Source: Eledone cirrhosa | Lineage: Eukaryota | Direction: 5' to 3' | DNA: 64,000 bases | NCBI GenBank assembly: GCA_964016885.1 | Contig: OZ024746.1 | Coordinates: 18,910,001 to 18,974,000, forward strand | In this document: positions 28,172 to 40,990 of the stretch, one piece after another | Layout of the letters: every line of letters begins with the position of its first letter | Numbering within the stretch: position 1 is the first letter of the stretch | The notes under the pieces: generated by a model | What the model was told of the DNA's origin: nothing | Seen by the model: the letters and a program-made list of their open reading frames with translations, nothing else | Database searches by the model: none | Translations under genes and position numbers: made by a program

Positions 28172-28560
28172 ATCATCATCATCATCATTTTACGTCCGCT
28201 TTTTCCCGGCTTGCAAGGGTGGGACGGGAACTGATTCTGGCTTGATTTCTACAGCTGGATGCCCTTCCTAACACCAACCTCATTTACAGTGAGTGCTGGG
28301 TGCTTTTATGCCATGGCACCTCCACGACCACTTTACAGTGTGGGCTGGGTGCTTTTATGCCGTGGTACCTCCACGACCACTTTGCAGTGGAATAATAGGG
28401 ACCCCAGTCCTATCATCTTGTTTCTACAGCTGAATAAACTGGAGCAATGTGAAATAAAGTGTCTTGCTCAAGGAAACAACACATCACCCGGTCTGAGAAT
28501 TGAACTCACAACCTTTCGATTGCAGGGCCAATGCTCTAACCACTAAGCCATGTGCCTCCA
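28172..28560 (-). mobile_element. SINE family B, full length; a 5'-truncated copy lies at 61609-61860
   Basis: Same head and RTE-type tail as 60123-60471. Confidence 0.9.
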
Positions 28561-28574
28561 TAATTATAATAATA

Positions 28575-28875
28575 ATTGTTTCTACTTTAGGCACAAGGCC
28601 AGCAATTACCCAGTACATTACTGGTACTTTATTTTATCGACCCCATAAGGATGAAAGGCAAAATGGTTTCTTATTTAGGCACAAGGCCAGCGATTTTGGG
28701 GGAAGGGGAAGTCGATTAAATTGACCCCAGTGCATTACTAGTACTTTATTTTATTGACCCCATAAGGATGAAAGGCAAAGTTAACCATGGCAGGATTTGA
28801 ACACAGACCGTAAAGGACTGTAACTGCAAAGCATGGTGTCCGACTCTCTACCAATACTGCCAATCCACCGCCCTG
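28575..28875 (-). mobile_element. SINE C cluster
   Basis: Two copies of gtttct...ggcacaaggcc...ggtactttattttat.gacccc.taaggatgaaaggcaaa. Confidence 0.88.
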
Positions 28876-29499
28876 ATAACAATAATAATAATGATGATGA
28901 TGATAAAGTAGGATAATGAAAAAAAAAATAACCATCTAATTTATATCTCTATTATAAATACAGATATGAAACTATTGATACGTTTGTTGATTGATATGAG
29001 GTATTATCTAATCTACATAAACCAGATAAAATAATTAGATGTTGGAATAAATAAAAAATAATAAACAGAAAAGTAATTTTATTTCTAAATGTAATTATTA
29101 AAAGAAGAAAAAAAAAATGAAAAAATAAAATTAGCAAAAATAAAAAAAAATAAAAAAAAAAAACAATCTCAAAATCATATCTTTTTATCTTTCTCTTGTA
29201 GAATGTTCAATTTATCAGAAGTTATAGAAATACCATTTTAAATACCATTCTCAGCTTTAACCTCTCTTCCCCTTAACCTTTCAATATTTGCATTTCCAAT
29301 GTAAATATATATATCACTGATTAAGAATGATTTCAAGTTGATATAAAATGAATATTACAAGGATATTGGACAAATGTGATTTTTTTATATAATAAATGAG
29401 AAAATTACTCTAAAATATAGAATTATGGGAAATTCCACAAGAAGTTAATACCCAATTAGTCTTGCATTTCCCAAAGGGTGTTGAAATATATAAATACAT

Positions 29500-29556
29500 G
29501 ATGTGTATATGTGTGTGTGTATATATATATAGAGAGAGAGAGAGACATAAACACAT

Positions 29557-29603
<47 letters not shown>

Positions 29604-29868
29604 TACACGCACACATATATGCTACACACATACATATACACACATACATATATATACACACGCACATACATATATATATATATATACATACACACACATA
29701 TATATACACATACACACATATATACACATACACACACATACATATATATACATAACACACATACACATATATACATAACACACATACATATATATACATA
29801 ACACACATACATACATATACATAACACACATACACACAATATATGTGTGTATGTGTGTGTGTGTATAT

Positions 29869-29899
<31 letters not shown>

Positions 29900-29900
29900 A
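29500..29900. repeat. Compound TA/CA microsatellite
   Basis: Directly visible. Confidence 0.95.
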
Positions 29901-30705
29901 GAATGTAGAGTCATGTAATAAACATCAAAAGAAGGGAAGGTTATCTAGATCTAGAAACAAACAGTTTTATTGTTGCATTTGCTTTTTATCCAGAGTATTT
30001 TCAAAGAAAAGAAATATCTATAAATCTTTAGATGAGATAGATAAGATAAGAAAAATATGCTTCCCTGGGAATTTCAAGCTCACTCTGCTCTTGAAAATTA
30101 AAAATAAAAAATCTTTTTTTAATCAATAGATGCCCTCTACAGAATCTTTACTGCTATCAACAGAGTAATGAGTGTTAGTATGGGAAAATATAAAAATGCT
30201 AGCATGTGATTATATATGAGTTTGTGTATATTAGGAGGATGTGTGTGGTATCTGGTAAGACAAATAAGTATTGTTAATGACAAATTGGTTTAAAGTTCTC
30301 TTCTTCATAAAATGTTTTTACAAAATATTCTTCATGTCTTAAAAGTCTAAATTATAAACTTGGTATTAGGAAGGACATCCAGCCATAGAAATCAAGCCAA
30401 AATACAGATCTGTAGGAGCTTGATGTGGTATCTGGACCTGACTTGTTTTATAATGAGACAACCTGTCTAATCTACTAAATGATGATGAAGTTCTTGCTGG
30501 CATTTGTTAGCTGGGTCAATAGTATAGTATATCACTACTTTTCTTGATTCTGCAGCTACTATAAACATTTGAATTAACAAACCTATCTTTAAATAGTTTC
30601 TGTTAAATCCTTACAGGATGTTAAGAGTTAATTTAGTAAATATAATTAGACTAGCTGATGAAGCTTAAACTATGTTCAAATATATGAATTTCTCTCTCTC
30701 TCTCA

Positions 30706-30738
<33 letters not shown>

Positions 30739-30809
30739 TGAAGTTTCCGTTGAAAACAGAAAAAGTCATAGGAGTGAAGAGTGCTCTATGTAAGTACCAG
30801 AGCAAAATT

Positions 30810-31003
30810 TAATGTATAAAAAACAACAATGCAATATAATTACCTCATTACCAGAGGTTTCCCGAATAAGGCGAATACAAAAGAAACGTCTTCATTCGTT
30901 CGTTGGACGACGAACGAATGAAGACGTTTCTTTCGTATTCGCCTTATTCGGGAAACCTCTGGTAATGAGGTAATTATATTGTATTGTTGTTTTTTATACA
31001 TTA
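30810..31003. repeat. Near-perfect hairpin: 94-bp arms, 6-nt loop
   Basis: 30810-30903 versus 30910-31003 shows 2 mismatches by eye. Outer inverted arms also occur at ~30681-30710 and ~31012-31040. Confidence 0.92.
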
Positions 31004-31041
31004 TATATATATATATATATGAGAGAGAAATTCATATATAT

Positions 31042-31260
31042 AATTATCAATAGGGTCTCCATTGTACAGAGGCCGCAGTTAATTGATATACTTGAGTTGA
31101 GATAAACTCCACTATTACAAAGTTTCGTCCAAAAGATCGAGTATTTTAAATTTTTGTCTTTTAATGACCATATAAGCTGTGATAAAGAAGTCGAAGATTT
31201 CCTATTAGAATTCAAGAATGAGCATTTATGATTCGCAAATCTAGCCTTAAATGTAGAAGA
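31042..31260 (-). mobile_element. Penelope-like element GIY-YIG C-terminal remnant (Naiad-like)
   Basis: TFKARFANHKCSFLNSNRKSSTSLSQLIWSLKDKNLKYSIFW...CGLCTMETLLII matches the FK.R..NH..SF....T.LS..IW.LK...W...C.LC..E pattern of this PLE endonuclease type. The clade name is from recall and untested. Confidence 0.75.
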
Positions 31261-31532
31261 ATGTATGAAACTACTAACAAAGATTATAATCATTATTCTT
31301 TATTAAATGTATACTGTCTCATTAATACTTAGTATATCTCTATATATAGTTTGTACAAATATATTTATATTGTATAATAACAATCATATTTAGAGTTCGG
31401 TATATCTCTATATATAGTATAATAACAATCATATTTAGAGTGCGGTCTTCCCTAGAAGGTAGAACTAATATAATTACTTAATATAATATATGAACAAATA
31501 ATAAATTATAGTCCTGATATTATGATCAATAT

Positions 31533-31565
<33 letters not shown>

Positions 31566-32471
31566 GCTGAAAACTGACCTCTTTAGGTTTAATTATAAGA
31601 CCTGCTAATACTTTAGGCACTATAACTATTTAACAATAAATTCCATAATAGTTTAACTGTAAATATCACAAATTATATTATAGAAAATGTCAGTGTTACA
31701 AGTAATTTTGTTAAAGATTACCTTTGTGAGAATATTGAACATTATATTTTTTTCTTTCGCGGGCTTCGTAAATCCTTTAAATTTGTTTTCATAAAACTTT
31801 GAATTTTAGAAATTTAACATAATTATATTATAAAATTAATACAAATAACCATCAACTTTTAAAACCTAAAATTTTGATTCTTTACCCTGAAATAACTTAA
31901 ATATTTTGAAATTTAACCGCCAAAGCTATATATGTTTATGTGTGTCTAATGAAATTTGAGCATAAATTACTCCCCTTTTTTATCTGTCATTTGTCTTCTC
32001 AAGCTAAATACTAAATAAATTATAACTCCAGATACGTCTTCCTCTATAGTTCTATAGTAGTATTTCAAATTTTAAAAACTCTATAACTGTTGCATTAAGG
32101 CAATGTTTTTCTTACTCACACTCTCTCTATTGATTCTATTACGTTTTCTCATGTTCTCAATATTAGGGTATAAATATTGAGTTTTCTCATAAGTTAATCA
32201 CTACCTTGATTAAATCTTAACCATCTAACATGTCAGGGTATGTCATGTATCATTTTATTTTATCTGATGAGGATGTATGTTGAACTTGATTCAGTACCTC
32301 TGAAATAAGTATAATAAAATTTAATTGATCACAAGAATATCTATTTTGTTAATATTTGAATTAATATATATATATATATATATATAGTAATAATAATAAA
32401 TTTAAAGACTAAATCTGTTATTTGAAGACTTAATCTGTTATTTTAATAAATATATATATATATATATATGT

Positions 32472-32515
<44 letters not shown>

Positions 32516-32952
32516 TATTTTCCGTTGTGTTGTAATATAAATATTACACACAGTAGATTATCAGCTCACGTAGAGTTTGCTCAACGGTTCCAGTTGTAGT
32601 TCCAAAAGTAATCCGGAGAAAAATAGAAAGATTTGAATGGATAAAAACTAAATAGGTCCTCAGTAATATTATTCTGATGAAATGACAGTAAATAATAACA
32701 TTGAAATATTGAATGTCTGCATAACTAAAAGTTTGTAGATAGCAGCTGTTTTAGGTTATGTAACTGTTATAGAAACACGTGTCAATAAATTCCTCTCAAC
32801 TAAACTGTATCCATTCAAATCTTTCTATATATATATATATAAAGAATTAATATCTAGTAACATATATATACATACAGATGCATATCAATGCTAGCAAATA
32901 TATAGGTTTTGTCTTAGTAACTTTGTGGTTCAATGCATGGGGTTGCAGAACA

Positions 32953-33051
32953 ATATGAGAGACGTAAAATAAGAAAATTATAAAATTAACTTACTAAAAT
33001 ATCACTTCCATTTTAGTAAGTAAGTTAATTTTATAATTTTCTTATTTTACG

Positions 33052-33061
<10 letters not shown>
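32953..33061. repeat. Palindrome with ~48-bp arms
   Basis: atatgagagacgtaaaataagaaaattataaaattaacttactaaaat and its reverse complement, with a 9-nt spacer and a 4-bp duplication in the right arm. Confidence 0.88.
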
Positions 33062-33095
<34 letters not shown>

Positions 33096-33639
33096 CCAAG
33101 CAAGCAGGGAAAAGCGGATGTATGATGATGATGATATATATACTATATCCACAAAATATACCAGATATGATGATAATGTGAAATGAAATCTTTTCTCAAA
33201 GTTTATCAATTTACAAAATATTTTGATGAAATCTATCTGATATAAACAGAATAGAAAATTCATTTTGGATAATGTAAAAAGCATATTTTTTATTACCTTG
33301 AATATTATTAATAATACGTTATAAGCAATTAAGAAAGGAGGGTAAACTTTTTCTTCAAATCAACAATATATCTATTTTTAATTTCAAATAAATAATCATT
33401 ATTTTAGAAGCTAAAAGAAAACAGAAAAAAACTTGCCGAATGTTATGGTAAGTATAACATTTCATACAGGCTCTTTTGTCAATTATAAACTCTTTTCTCA
33501 CACAAAATGATGTATTTCCCTACCATAGAGCTTACAACTTCAAGTCACACCCTATTATCTTAAAAAAGCAAGAACACATTTCTAGATATATGTACAAAAA
33601 GATTAGTATCTCATTGTACATATTTTTAAAAGTTTCAAT

Positions 33640-33800
33640 GTCCTATCCTCTTTATCCATTAATCTATAAGTACTTCTTTGCCCACTTATTTCTGGGAGTG
33701 TTGTGGGGGCAGAGTCCTCAAACACACCCTTCCAGCAGTCCCTGTCAGAAGCCACTGTCTCCAATTGATCCGGCTGGATTACTAAGTGAGACCAGCCAAG
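33640..33800 (-). mobile_element. Possible old RTE/BovB-like C-terminal remnant
   Basis: IQPDQLETVASDRDCWK resembles the RTE terminal W/LE..A.DR..WR motif. Confidence 0.4.
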
Positions 33801-33944
33801 CTCATGGATGTTATCCAACCTTGGGTGCCCTGCCAGTTGGGTCTATATGTACTAAATTCTAAGTATTTTAGTGATACAAAACTTGTTCTACAAATTACAA
33901 TTCAAGCCTTTCAATTAGATAATTTATTGAAGAAGAAGGAATCA

Positions 33945-34192
33945 ATCAATAAGTTCCCAGACCTCATTTGCTGACCGAGTAGGGTGGGACTCGTCAAATC
34001 AGACCAAGGAAACAATATTTCCATTAGTCTTTCCATTGTTAATACTATATATCGGTTGCAATTCTTGGCAGAAAGAGCAACATAAAATAATGTGTCTTGT
34101 TCAAGGACATAACACATTGCTTGGTCCAGGAATCGAACTCAAAACCTCATGATTGTGAATCCAATTCTTTACCCACTGAGCCACTCACCCTC
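33945..34192 (-). mobile_element. tRNA-head SINE with a third tail type; copies at 17270-17500 and a tail at 36050-36120
   Basis: A/B boxes gtggctcagtgg and gagttcgattcc; shared tail gaccaaggaaacaat.tttccattagtctttccattg. Confidence 0.75.
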
Positions 34193-34639
34193 ATTCCACT
34201 TTATTGAAGAAATTTATAAACGGTTTTCTTGAAGTTTTTAAATATATAAAAACAATGTTATAAAATAATGGTTTCCATTGGAATCATGAAATACTTCTCC
34301 AAAACATGAAATGTGAAATTATACAAATAAGAGAGAAGGGTGTTTCCTATATATAATGAAAACAAAAGCAAGTAGTTTACCAGCGGCAAGATAAAAGTAA
34401 TACAAAACTAGATTAGATGTAAGTAAAACTGAACCACAGAAATACAATTTAGAAATATATCATATATCAAATGAAACTGAAATAAGAAAGAAGTAGAAAC
34501 TGACATAAGAGAATATATGTAATAAAATGAGAAACACAGCAAATAGGAAGGGAGATAAATAAAACAGAATTTATAGGTGTAAAATGTAAGAAAAGTTCAA
34601 TTTAATTTCAGGAATACTAATGAAAATCTTAAGTGGATT

Positions 34640-34790
34640 AACACTACACCTGATATTTGCCCTCCACACACATGTATCTGTGTATATCATGACTCAGATG
34701 CTGTTCACTTTCCTGACATTTGTACATTATTCTATGTTCTATACATGCACCTTTGATGAGTTGTAGTGCACAATAATTTTCATTATATTA
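34640..34790 (+). mobile_element. CR1 3' UTR fragment; another copy on the minus strand at 37605-37725
   Basis: Matches 21405-21695 (ctgacatttgtacattattctatg...gcacctttgatgagttgtagtgcac). Confidence 0.85.
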
Positions 34791-34796
34791 TTTTAA

Positions 34797-35172
34797 TGGT
34801 TTCTGATTTAGGTAAAAAGCCAACAATTTTGGGAAAGGGGAAAGTCGATTAAATTGACCCCAGTATATTACTGGTATTTTATTTTACCAGCCCCGTAGGG
34901 GTGAAAAGTAAAGCTAACCTTGGTAGGATTTGAACTTGGATTGTAAAAACAAAATAATAATAATGGTTTCTGATTTAGGCACAAGACCAAGAATTTTGGG
35001 AGAGAGGAAAGTGGATTAAGTCAACCCCAATACATTACTAGTACTTTATTTTATTGACCCCTGTAAGGAAGAAAAGTAAAGCTAACGTTGGCAGGATTTG
35101 AACTCAAAGTAGAGGGACATAACTCTATGTTGTAAAGCATGTTGCCCGATGCTCTACCTATCCTCCACCCTT
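34797..35172 (-). mobile_element. Two tandem SINE C copies
   Basis: Family C motifs in reverse orientation. Confidence 0.85.
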
Positions 35173-35557
35173 TTAAAGTACATTACTACAAAAATATATT
35201 AGTTGAATCCAACTAAAATTTGCACAAGTTGGTATTGAAGAGAAAGAAAGATGTCTATTTAGGAAAGTTTTGTTACAAATGTAAACCATCCTCCGGTTAC
35301 AGTATGAGTCAGCATTTGATGTGCTTTGCAAGGAGATATCTACAACAGAGATTTCTTGTCTGCCCAAAGAACTTATTTATAAGGAAGCAGTTACAGATAT
35401 TCTCCACAGGCAAATTTAGCACACAGCTATGTTTGAGAAAATTACTTATAGATTGGATGCAGAAGAAGGGAAAAAAATTGGGGAAAAAAAACAAAAAAAC
35501 CTTTCATTAAGATAAAAGGGTAAAAATAAAGTGTACAAAGGGTGTGGGTGTTTTTAT

Positions 35558-35605
<48 letters not shown>

Positions 35606-36204
35606 CCTCTCTCTTTTTCTTTCTTTCAGACTATGGTGGCTAAAGACAGATTTAATAGATTATTGTAATGATGGATCTTGATATCACATCCAACAGTATT
35701 CTTAGAAATATTTTAGATATATCTATCTACCCAGGACCACTCACTATTTTGGCATAAATTTACAGTAAAATCATCACACACACACATATATATACACCCC
35801 CTACACATACAGAAGCATGCATATAATAAATGTAAGAAATAGTATCCAATACATGTTGGAGAGCATAAATATTTTATTTGGTGACAGGAGGGGGGCAGGG
35901 GTGATGCCATCTGTACCAAAAATTAACAAATATTGTTAACTTTTCACCAAATAAAACTCCAAGTGATGTCATGAATTGTTAATTATTTCCAATACACTTA
36001 TAATAAAAAATCAAATAAAAAAAAAAAATAAAAAAAAAAAAATCATTAAATTGGACCAAGGAAACAATGTTTCCATTGGTCTTTTCATTGCTGATACTAT
36101 CTGTCAGTCACAACTCCTAAATATGAAAATTGATGATCAATCAGTTTCTAGTTAGTTCAGACATGAACTGGATACATTAATTAAGTAGTAATTATTATTA
36201 TGCT

Positions 36205-36860
36205 AAATGGTAGAGAACTGACAGTATTAGTGGAGTGTTAGACAACATGCTTTGTGGCTTATAGTTATGGCTTATGTTCTGAGTTCAAACCCTACCCAGG
36301 TTAGCTTGGCCTTTCACCTTTACAAGTTTAATAAAATAAAGCACCAGTAATGCACTGGAGTCGATCTAATAGACTTTCCCTTCCACCACAAATCATTGGC
36401 TTTGTCCCAAAATCAGAAACCATTATTACTATCAAATCTCGCCGAGGTCAACTTTGCCTTTCATCCTTACGGGGTCGATAAAATAAAGTACCAGTAATGT
36501 ACTGGATAATTGCTGGCCTTGTGCCTAAAGTAGAAACAATTATTACTATTATTATGAAATAAAGTACCAGTAATGCACTGGGGTCAATTTAATAGATTTT
36601 CCCCTCTCCCAAAAATTGTTGGCCTTGTGCCTAAATCAGAAATCATTATTACTATGGTAAGGGCGGTGGATTGGCAGTATCGGTAGAGGGCCGGACGCCA
36701 TGCTTTCCAGCATAGTTACGTCCCTTTACGATCTGAGTTCAAATCCCGCCGAGGTTGACTTTGCCTTTCATCCTTACGGGGTCAATAAAATAAAGTACCA
36801 GTAATGCACTGGGTAATTGCTGGCCTTGTGCCTAAAGTAGAAACAATTATTACTATGGTA
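36205..36860 (+). mobile_element. Cluster of at least 4 SINE family C copies (Nin/Deu-like domain); best copy 36660-36855
   Basis: ggcggtggattggcag...gagttcaaatcccgccgaggttgactttgcctttcatccttacggggtcaataaaataaagtaccag...ggccttgtgcctaaa...(ATT)n. Other + copies are at 39015-39190, 43100-43215 and 57870-58262. Confidence 0.9.
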
Positions 36861-39188
36861 ACCATTTCCATTCCACTTTCTGTTTACTCTAAAGAAGAAT
36901 AGCATTTAGTTAACCATTTTGTGTGGAGTGGAGGTGGTGTACCAGAAGTCAAAATCATTGAAGGTTTTCCTCAATATATAAACAATATAAAGAATGTTTT
37001 GCAACTCTGGACTGTCAATAAATGGATTGGGAAATCTCACATGTCAATATAGAGCTGGAGACCTGACAATACAGAACAAGTCTTTATCATAATTTTATTG
37101 ATGAGACAAATAACTGGATTAGATGGATTCCAAAAACAAATCATAGAATCACAAAAACAAAACCCTTTTAAAATCTGTAAATGACTTTGGGATCATTGTA
37201 GAAAAAAAGGTGACATCATCTTAAAGAAAATCGTCATTGGTAAAGATTTTTCTAAAAGCATTGTGGATAATTAATGGCTCACCCTTATGTACGTGTGTAT
37301 ATGTATGTGTATTAATGAAAGATCATTGTCAGAAAAATGAAGTGTTTATCACTTAAATTTAGCACTTATCTACTTTGGGACTTCTCAAAATATAATATTA
37401 ATTCTTAGTATGATATGTTGCTACATAATACTATTGCCAAGTAAGGTTTTTTTTCTTTTCTTCTTATTTTTTTAATGTCTTTTTAAGAAAAGCTGTTGTG
37501 CATTCAATTTCGGAGCAAATTTGGTTATAAAATGTTTTCCCTTTGCTTTCTGGCATTTGGGATTGCCCCTTGTTATAAAGCAAAGTAATTCTGAGGTTAT
37601 AATAATAATAATGAAATTATTGTGTACAGTGCTCAGGTGCACTACAACTCATCAAAGGTGCATGTATAGTACATAGAATAATGTACAAATGTCAGGAAAG
37701 TGAACAGTGTATGAGTCAGGATATACCTGTTATGTTGGCTATCAACTGAAAGATCATAATTTAAACCTTATATGGACCTCATCACCATGTAAACTAAGAC
37801 TATTTATATATCAGTAATTATCAAGAATAATTCCACTAGGTATAGATTTGGCAACAATTAAAGTAACATACCACAAAGTATATGGATAAATTAAATCTAT
37901 ACAAGAAATAAGAAAAACCCCCTCTGGACATTAGGTGTGTATGCATGCATGCTTATGTGTGTGTGTGTATGCATGCTTATGTGTGTGTGTGCATGCATGC
38001 TTATGTGTGTGTGTGTATATGCATGCTTATGTATGTAAGTGTATCTATGTGTATGTAACTTAGCGAAATATATTGAGTAAATCTGAAATTTTTTTCTCAG
38101 GTTAAAGTTATAAATTTTTGGCATAATTTGATATTTGTTTCTGTAATAATGAAGTGTGATAGCTATTGGGAATAAAATGCTGATCAATCCCCAAAACACA
38201 TTTAGAAATGGTTTGAAATAGGTAGTATTGATGAAATATAAGAAACTCAAACTATTGATTTTTATTGGTATTCCATTCCGATATAAAATAAAATAATTAT
38301 AATCGAAATAGTGCACATGAAATTAAATTTGCTAGAACCTTCTTTGATAAATGCAGTTCCATATTCAAATTCCATGAAATAAATTAACTTAACCTTTCAA
38401 CACTTTAGCATTGTTTAAATAATCGGTTTTTTTTTTCTAGATCAAGTAATCAAATGTTAAAGAATATCTTTGTTTATAGTATACTGTTGAAGAGAATGTA
38501 CACTATTTTTCTGATGGAAATTTAAAATGTAAAATCTATAATTGCAATAAAAACAGAAAGTTTATTTTATTATACATCACAATTGGTTTCTGTTTCACTT
38601 TTAGATACATATATATACATATATATATATATATACATTCATATACATATACATATATATACATATGCACACACACACACTAAGTGGTTGAATTTAAGAA
38701 TGGCATCCAGCTGTAGAAAGCAAGTCAAAATACAGATCCGTATGAGTAAGATGTGGTCTCCTGATCTGACTTGTCTCATAATGTGACAACCCATCTAACT
38801 CATGCAAGTGTAGTAAAATGAACATCAAATAATGATGATATATATATATATATTAATTTATTAAAATAACAGATTAAAGTTTAATCTGTTATTTTAATAA
38901 ATATTTGCTCTAGGATTCTTATATATTTGATATATATTTATCCTTATCGAGCCCTCTTTGGATTTTAGTCTTCACATTTATTATTATTATTACTATTTAT
39001 TATTATTACTATATATTAACTTTGCCTTTCATCCTTACGGGGGTCGATAAAATAAAGTACCAGTAATGCACTGGGTAATTGCTGGCCTTGTGCCTAAAGT
39101 AGAAACAATTATTATTACTATATATATAAGTACCAGTAATGCATTGGGTAATTGCTGGCCTTGTGCCTAAAGTAGAAACAATTATTAT

Positions 39189-39233
<45 letters not shown>

Positions 39234-39239
39234 AAAGTT

Positions 39240-39545
39240 GGTACCACAACATCCAGTCCAAATAAATGAGATCGAGATCGTGTAGGTGTCACAACAAAAA
39301 AACCCCCAAAACACAGTCCACACTGTAATGTGGCCGTGTAGGTAACACAGAAAAAGGTTCCCAGTTCCACACTGTAAATGTGGTTGGTGTTAGGAAGGGC
39401 ATCCAGCCATAGAAAACCTGCCAGATAGTCCTATATGAGTGAGACGCGATCACCCGACCAACCTTGCCTCAAGCGGAACAACTCCTGTCTAACCCATGCT
39501 AGCATGGAAGATGGACGTTAAACGAAGATGGTGATGATGATGATA
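39240..39545 (+). mobile_element. Short RTE-tailed retroposon; opposite-strand copy at 1073-1297
   Basis: Both copies begin at gtaccacaacatccagtcc and end in ggaagatggac.ttaaacga(tga)n, with the ggttggtgttaggaagggcatccagc core. Confidence 0.8.
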
Positions 39546-39549
39546 TATA

Positions 39550-39932
39550 TATCATCATCATCATTTTACGTCCGCTTTTCCCTGCTTGCACAGCATCTCT
39601 CCACTTGTCACAGTCCTTCGTCATCTCCTCGGTGAGTTTCAGCGATCTGAGGTCAGCTCTCACCACCTCCGCCCATGTTTTTCGTAGTCTACCTCTACTG
39701 CGTCTTTCTAATACTGGGATTTCTTGGCACTTCCTTACCCAGCAGTCATCCTCCATGCGCATTACATGTCCATACCATCTCAGCCTTCTCTCCTGCACAC
39801 CACAACGTATCCCTCTTATACCCAGTTTCTTTCTCAACTCGTCCATGCTTGGTTGTTCACGCACATTGACATTGCACATCCAACAGAGCATACTTGCTTC
39901 ATTTCTCTCCAGCCATTGCATATCCTCTAACA
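39550..39932 (-). mobile_element. RTE C-terminal fragment of a related family with (ATG)n tail
   Basis: LERNEASMLCWMCNV...ERRLRWYGHVMRMEDDCWVRKC...GRLRKTW. Confidence 0.9.
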
Positions 39933-40030
39933 TCCATTTTCCACACTAGCATGTGTTATATATATATACATACATATATGTGTGTATATATATATGTATA
40001 TGTATATATGTTTTATCCATAATAAGGATA

Positions 40031-40076
40031 TTTCATCTGATGAGCGAAATCAGATGCGCAACCTTGGGTAATGGAA
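40031..40076 (+). ncRNA. Minimal hammerhead ribozyme-like motif with one core substitution
   Basis: UUUCAU-CUGAUGA-GC GAAAUCAGAU GC-GCAA-C CUUGG GUA-AUGGAA. It has a 6-bp stem I, a G-C closed stem II, a short stem III and a GUA site; GAAA is changed to GCAA. Confidence 0.55.
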
Positions 40077-40519
40077 TAATCATATTGTGTTATTACATTA
40101 CATAAGTAATAAAGAAAAGAAACAAAAAATAATATATGTAGATGTTGATTTTCATTCTAATACTTAGTGCTTACACAAATTTAATATAAAATATGTTATA
40201 TATAAAGAATTTCCTAGATTTTTAACATTATATAGTACTTCAACACAAAATTTATTATGTATTTTGTAGGTTACATTCACACTGAAAAGAAATCTAGCTG
40301 GTATTAGAGAATTGTTAGCACCAAGTATAGATTTCTTTGCACTCTGCTATTTTATTTCACCTTACACAACATAATATATGTAAATACAACATTTCAAACT
40401 TGAATGAATTGCAGTTACTAAGCAATGGTAATGAATGTGAACATAAAACAACACCTAAAATTTAGAAGCATTTTTATAAATCAAACTGGTTTCAAAGAAA
40501 TGAAAGCTCTCAAATGCAA

Positions 40520-40860
40520 TCATCATGATTTTACATCCGTTGTTCCACGCTATCGAGGGTTTGAGGAGTCCTTCTCAGTACAGCAACTTTCCACTTGTAG
40601 CATTCCTTTGTCATGTCCTCTGTGATCTCATCTCCATCCAGGTCTTCCTTGGTTTTCCTCTACCACAGCCTCCCTCACTGAGATTATTTGACACTTCTTC
40701 ACCTAGAGATCATCATCCATGCACATCACATGTCCATATCAACACAGTCTCCTCTCCTGCACACTACTTCTGATTCCTCTTATATCTAGTTTCTCCCTCA
40801 GTTCATCCATATTTTGTCATTCTCACACATTAATATACACATCCATGAAAGCATGCTAAA
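40520..40860 (-). mobile_element. Decayed RTE 3' fragment
   Basis: Nucleotide similarity to 39600-39900 plus a tail remnant catcatgattttacatccgttgttccacgct. Confidence 0.8.
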
Positions 40861-40990
40861 ATTAACACAATAACATCACACATCCATTGAAGTATGTTAA
40901 AATTGACATATTAGCATTACACATCCATTGAAGCATGCTAAAATTAACACATTAACATTACACATCCATTGAAGTGTGTTAAGATTAACA
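40839..40990. repeat. 41-bp tandem repeat (~3.7 copies) at the truncated end of the RTE fragment
   Basis: acatccat starts at 40839, 40880, 40921 and 40962. The unit corresponds to the RTE ASMLRWMCNV codons. Confidence 0.85.
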
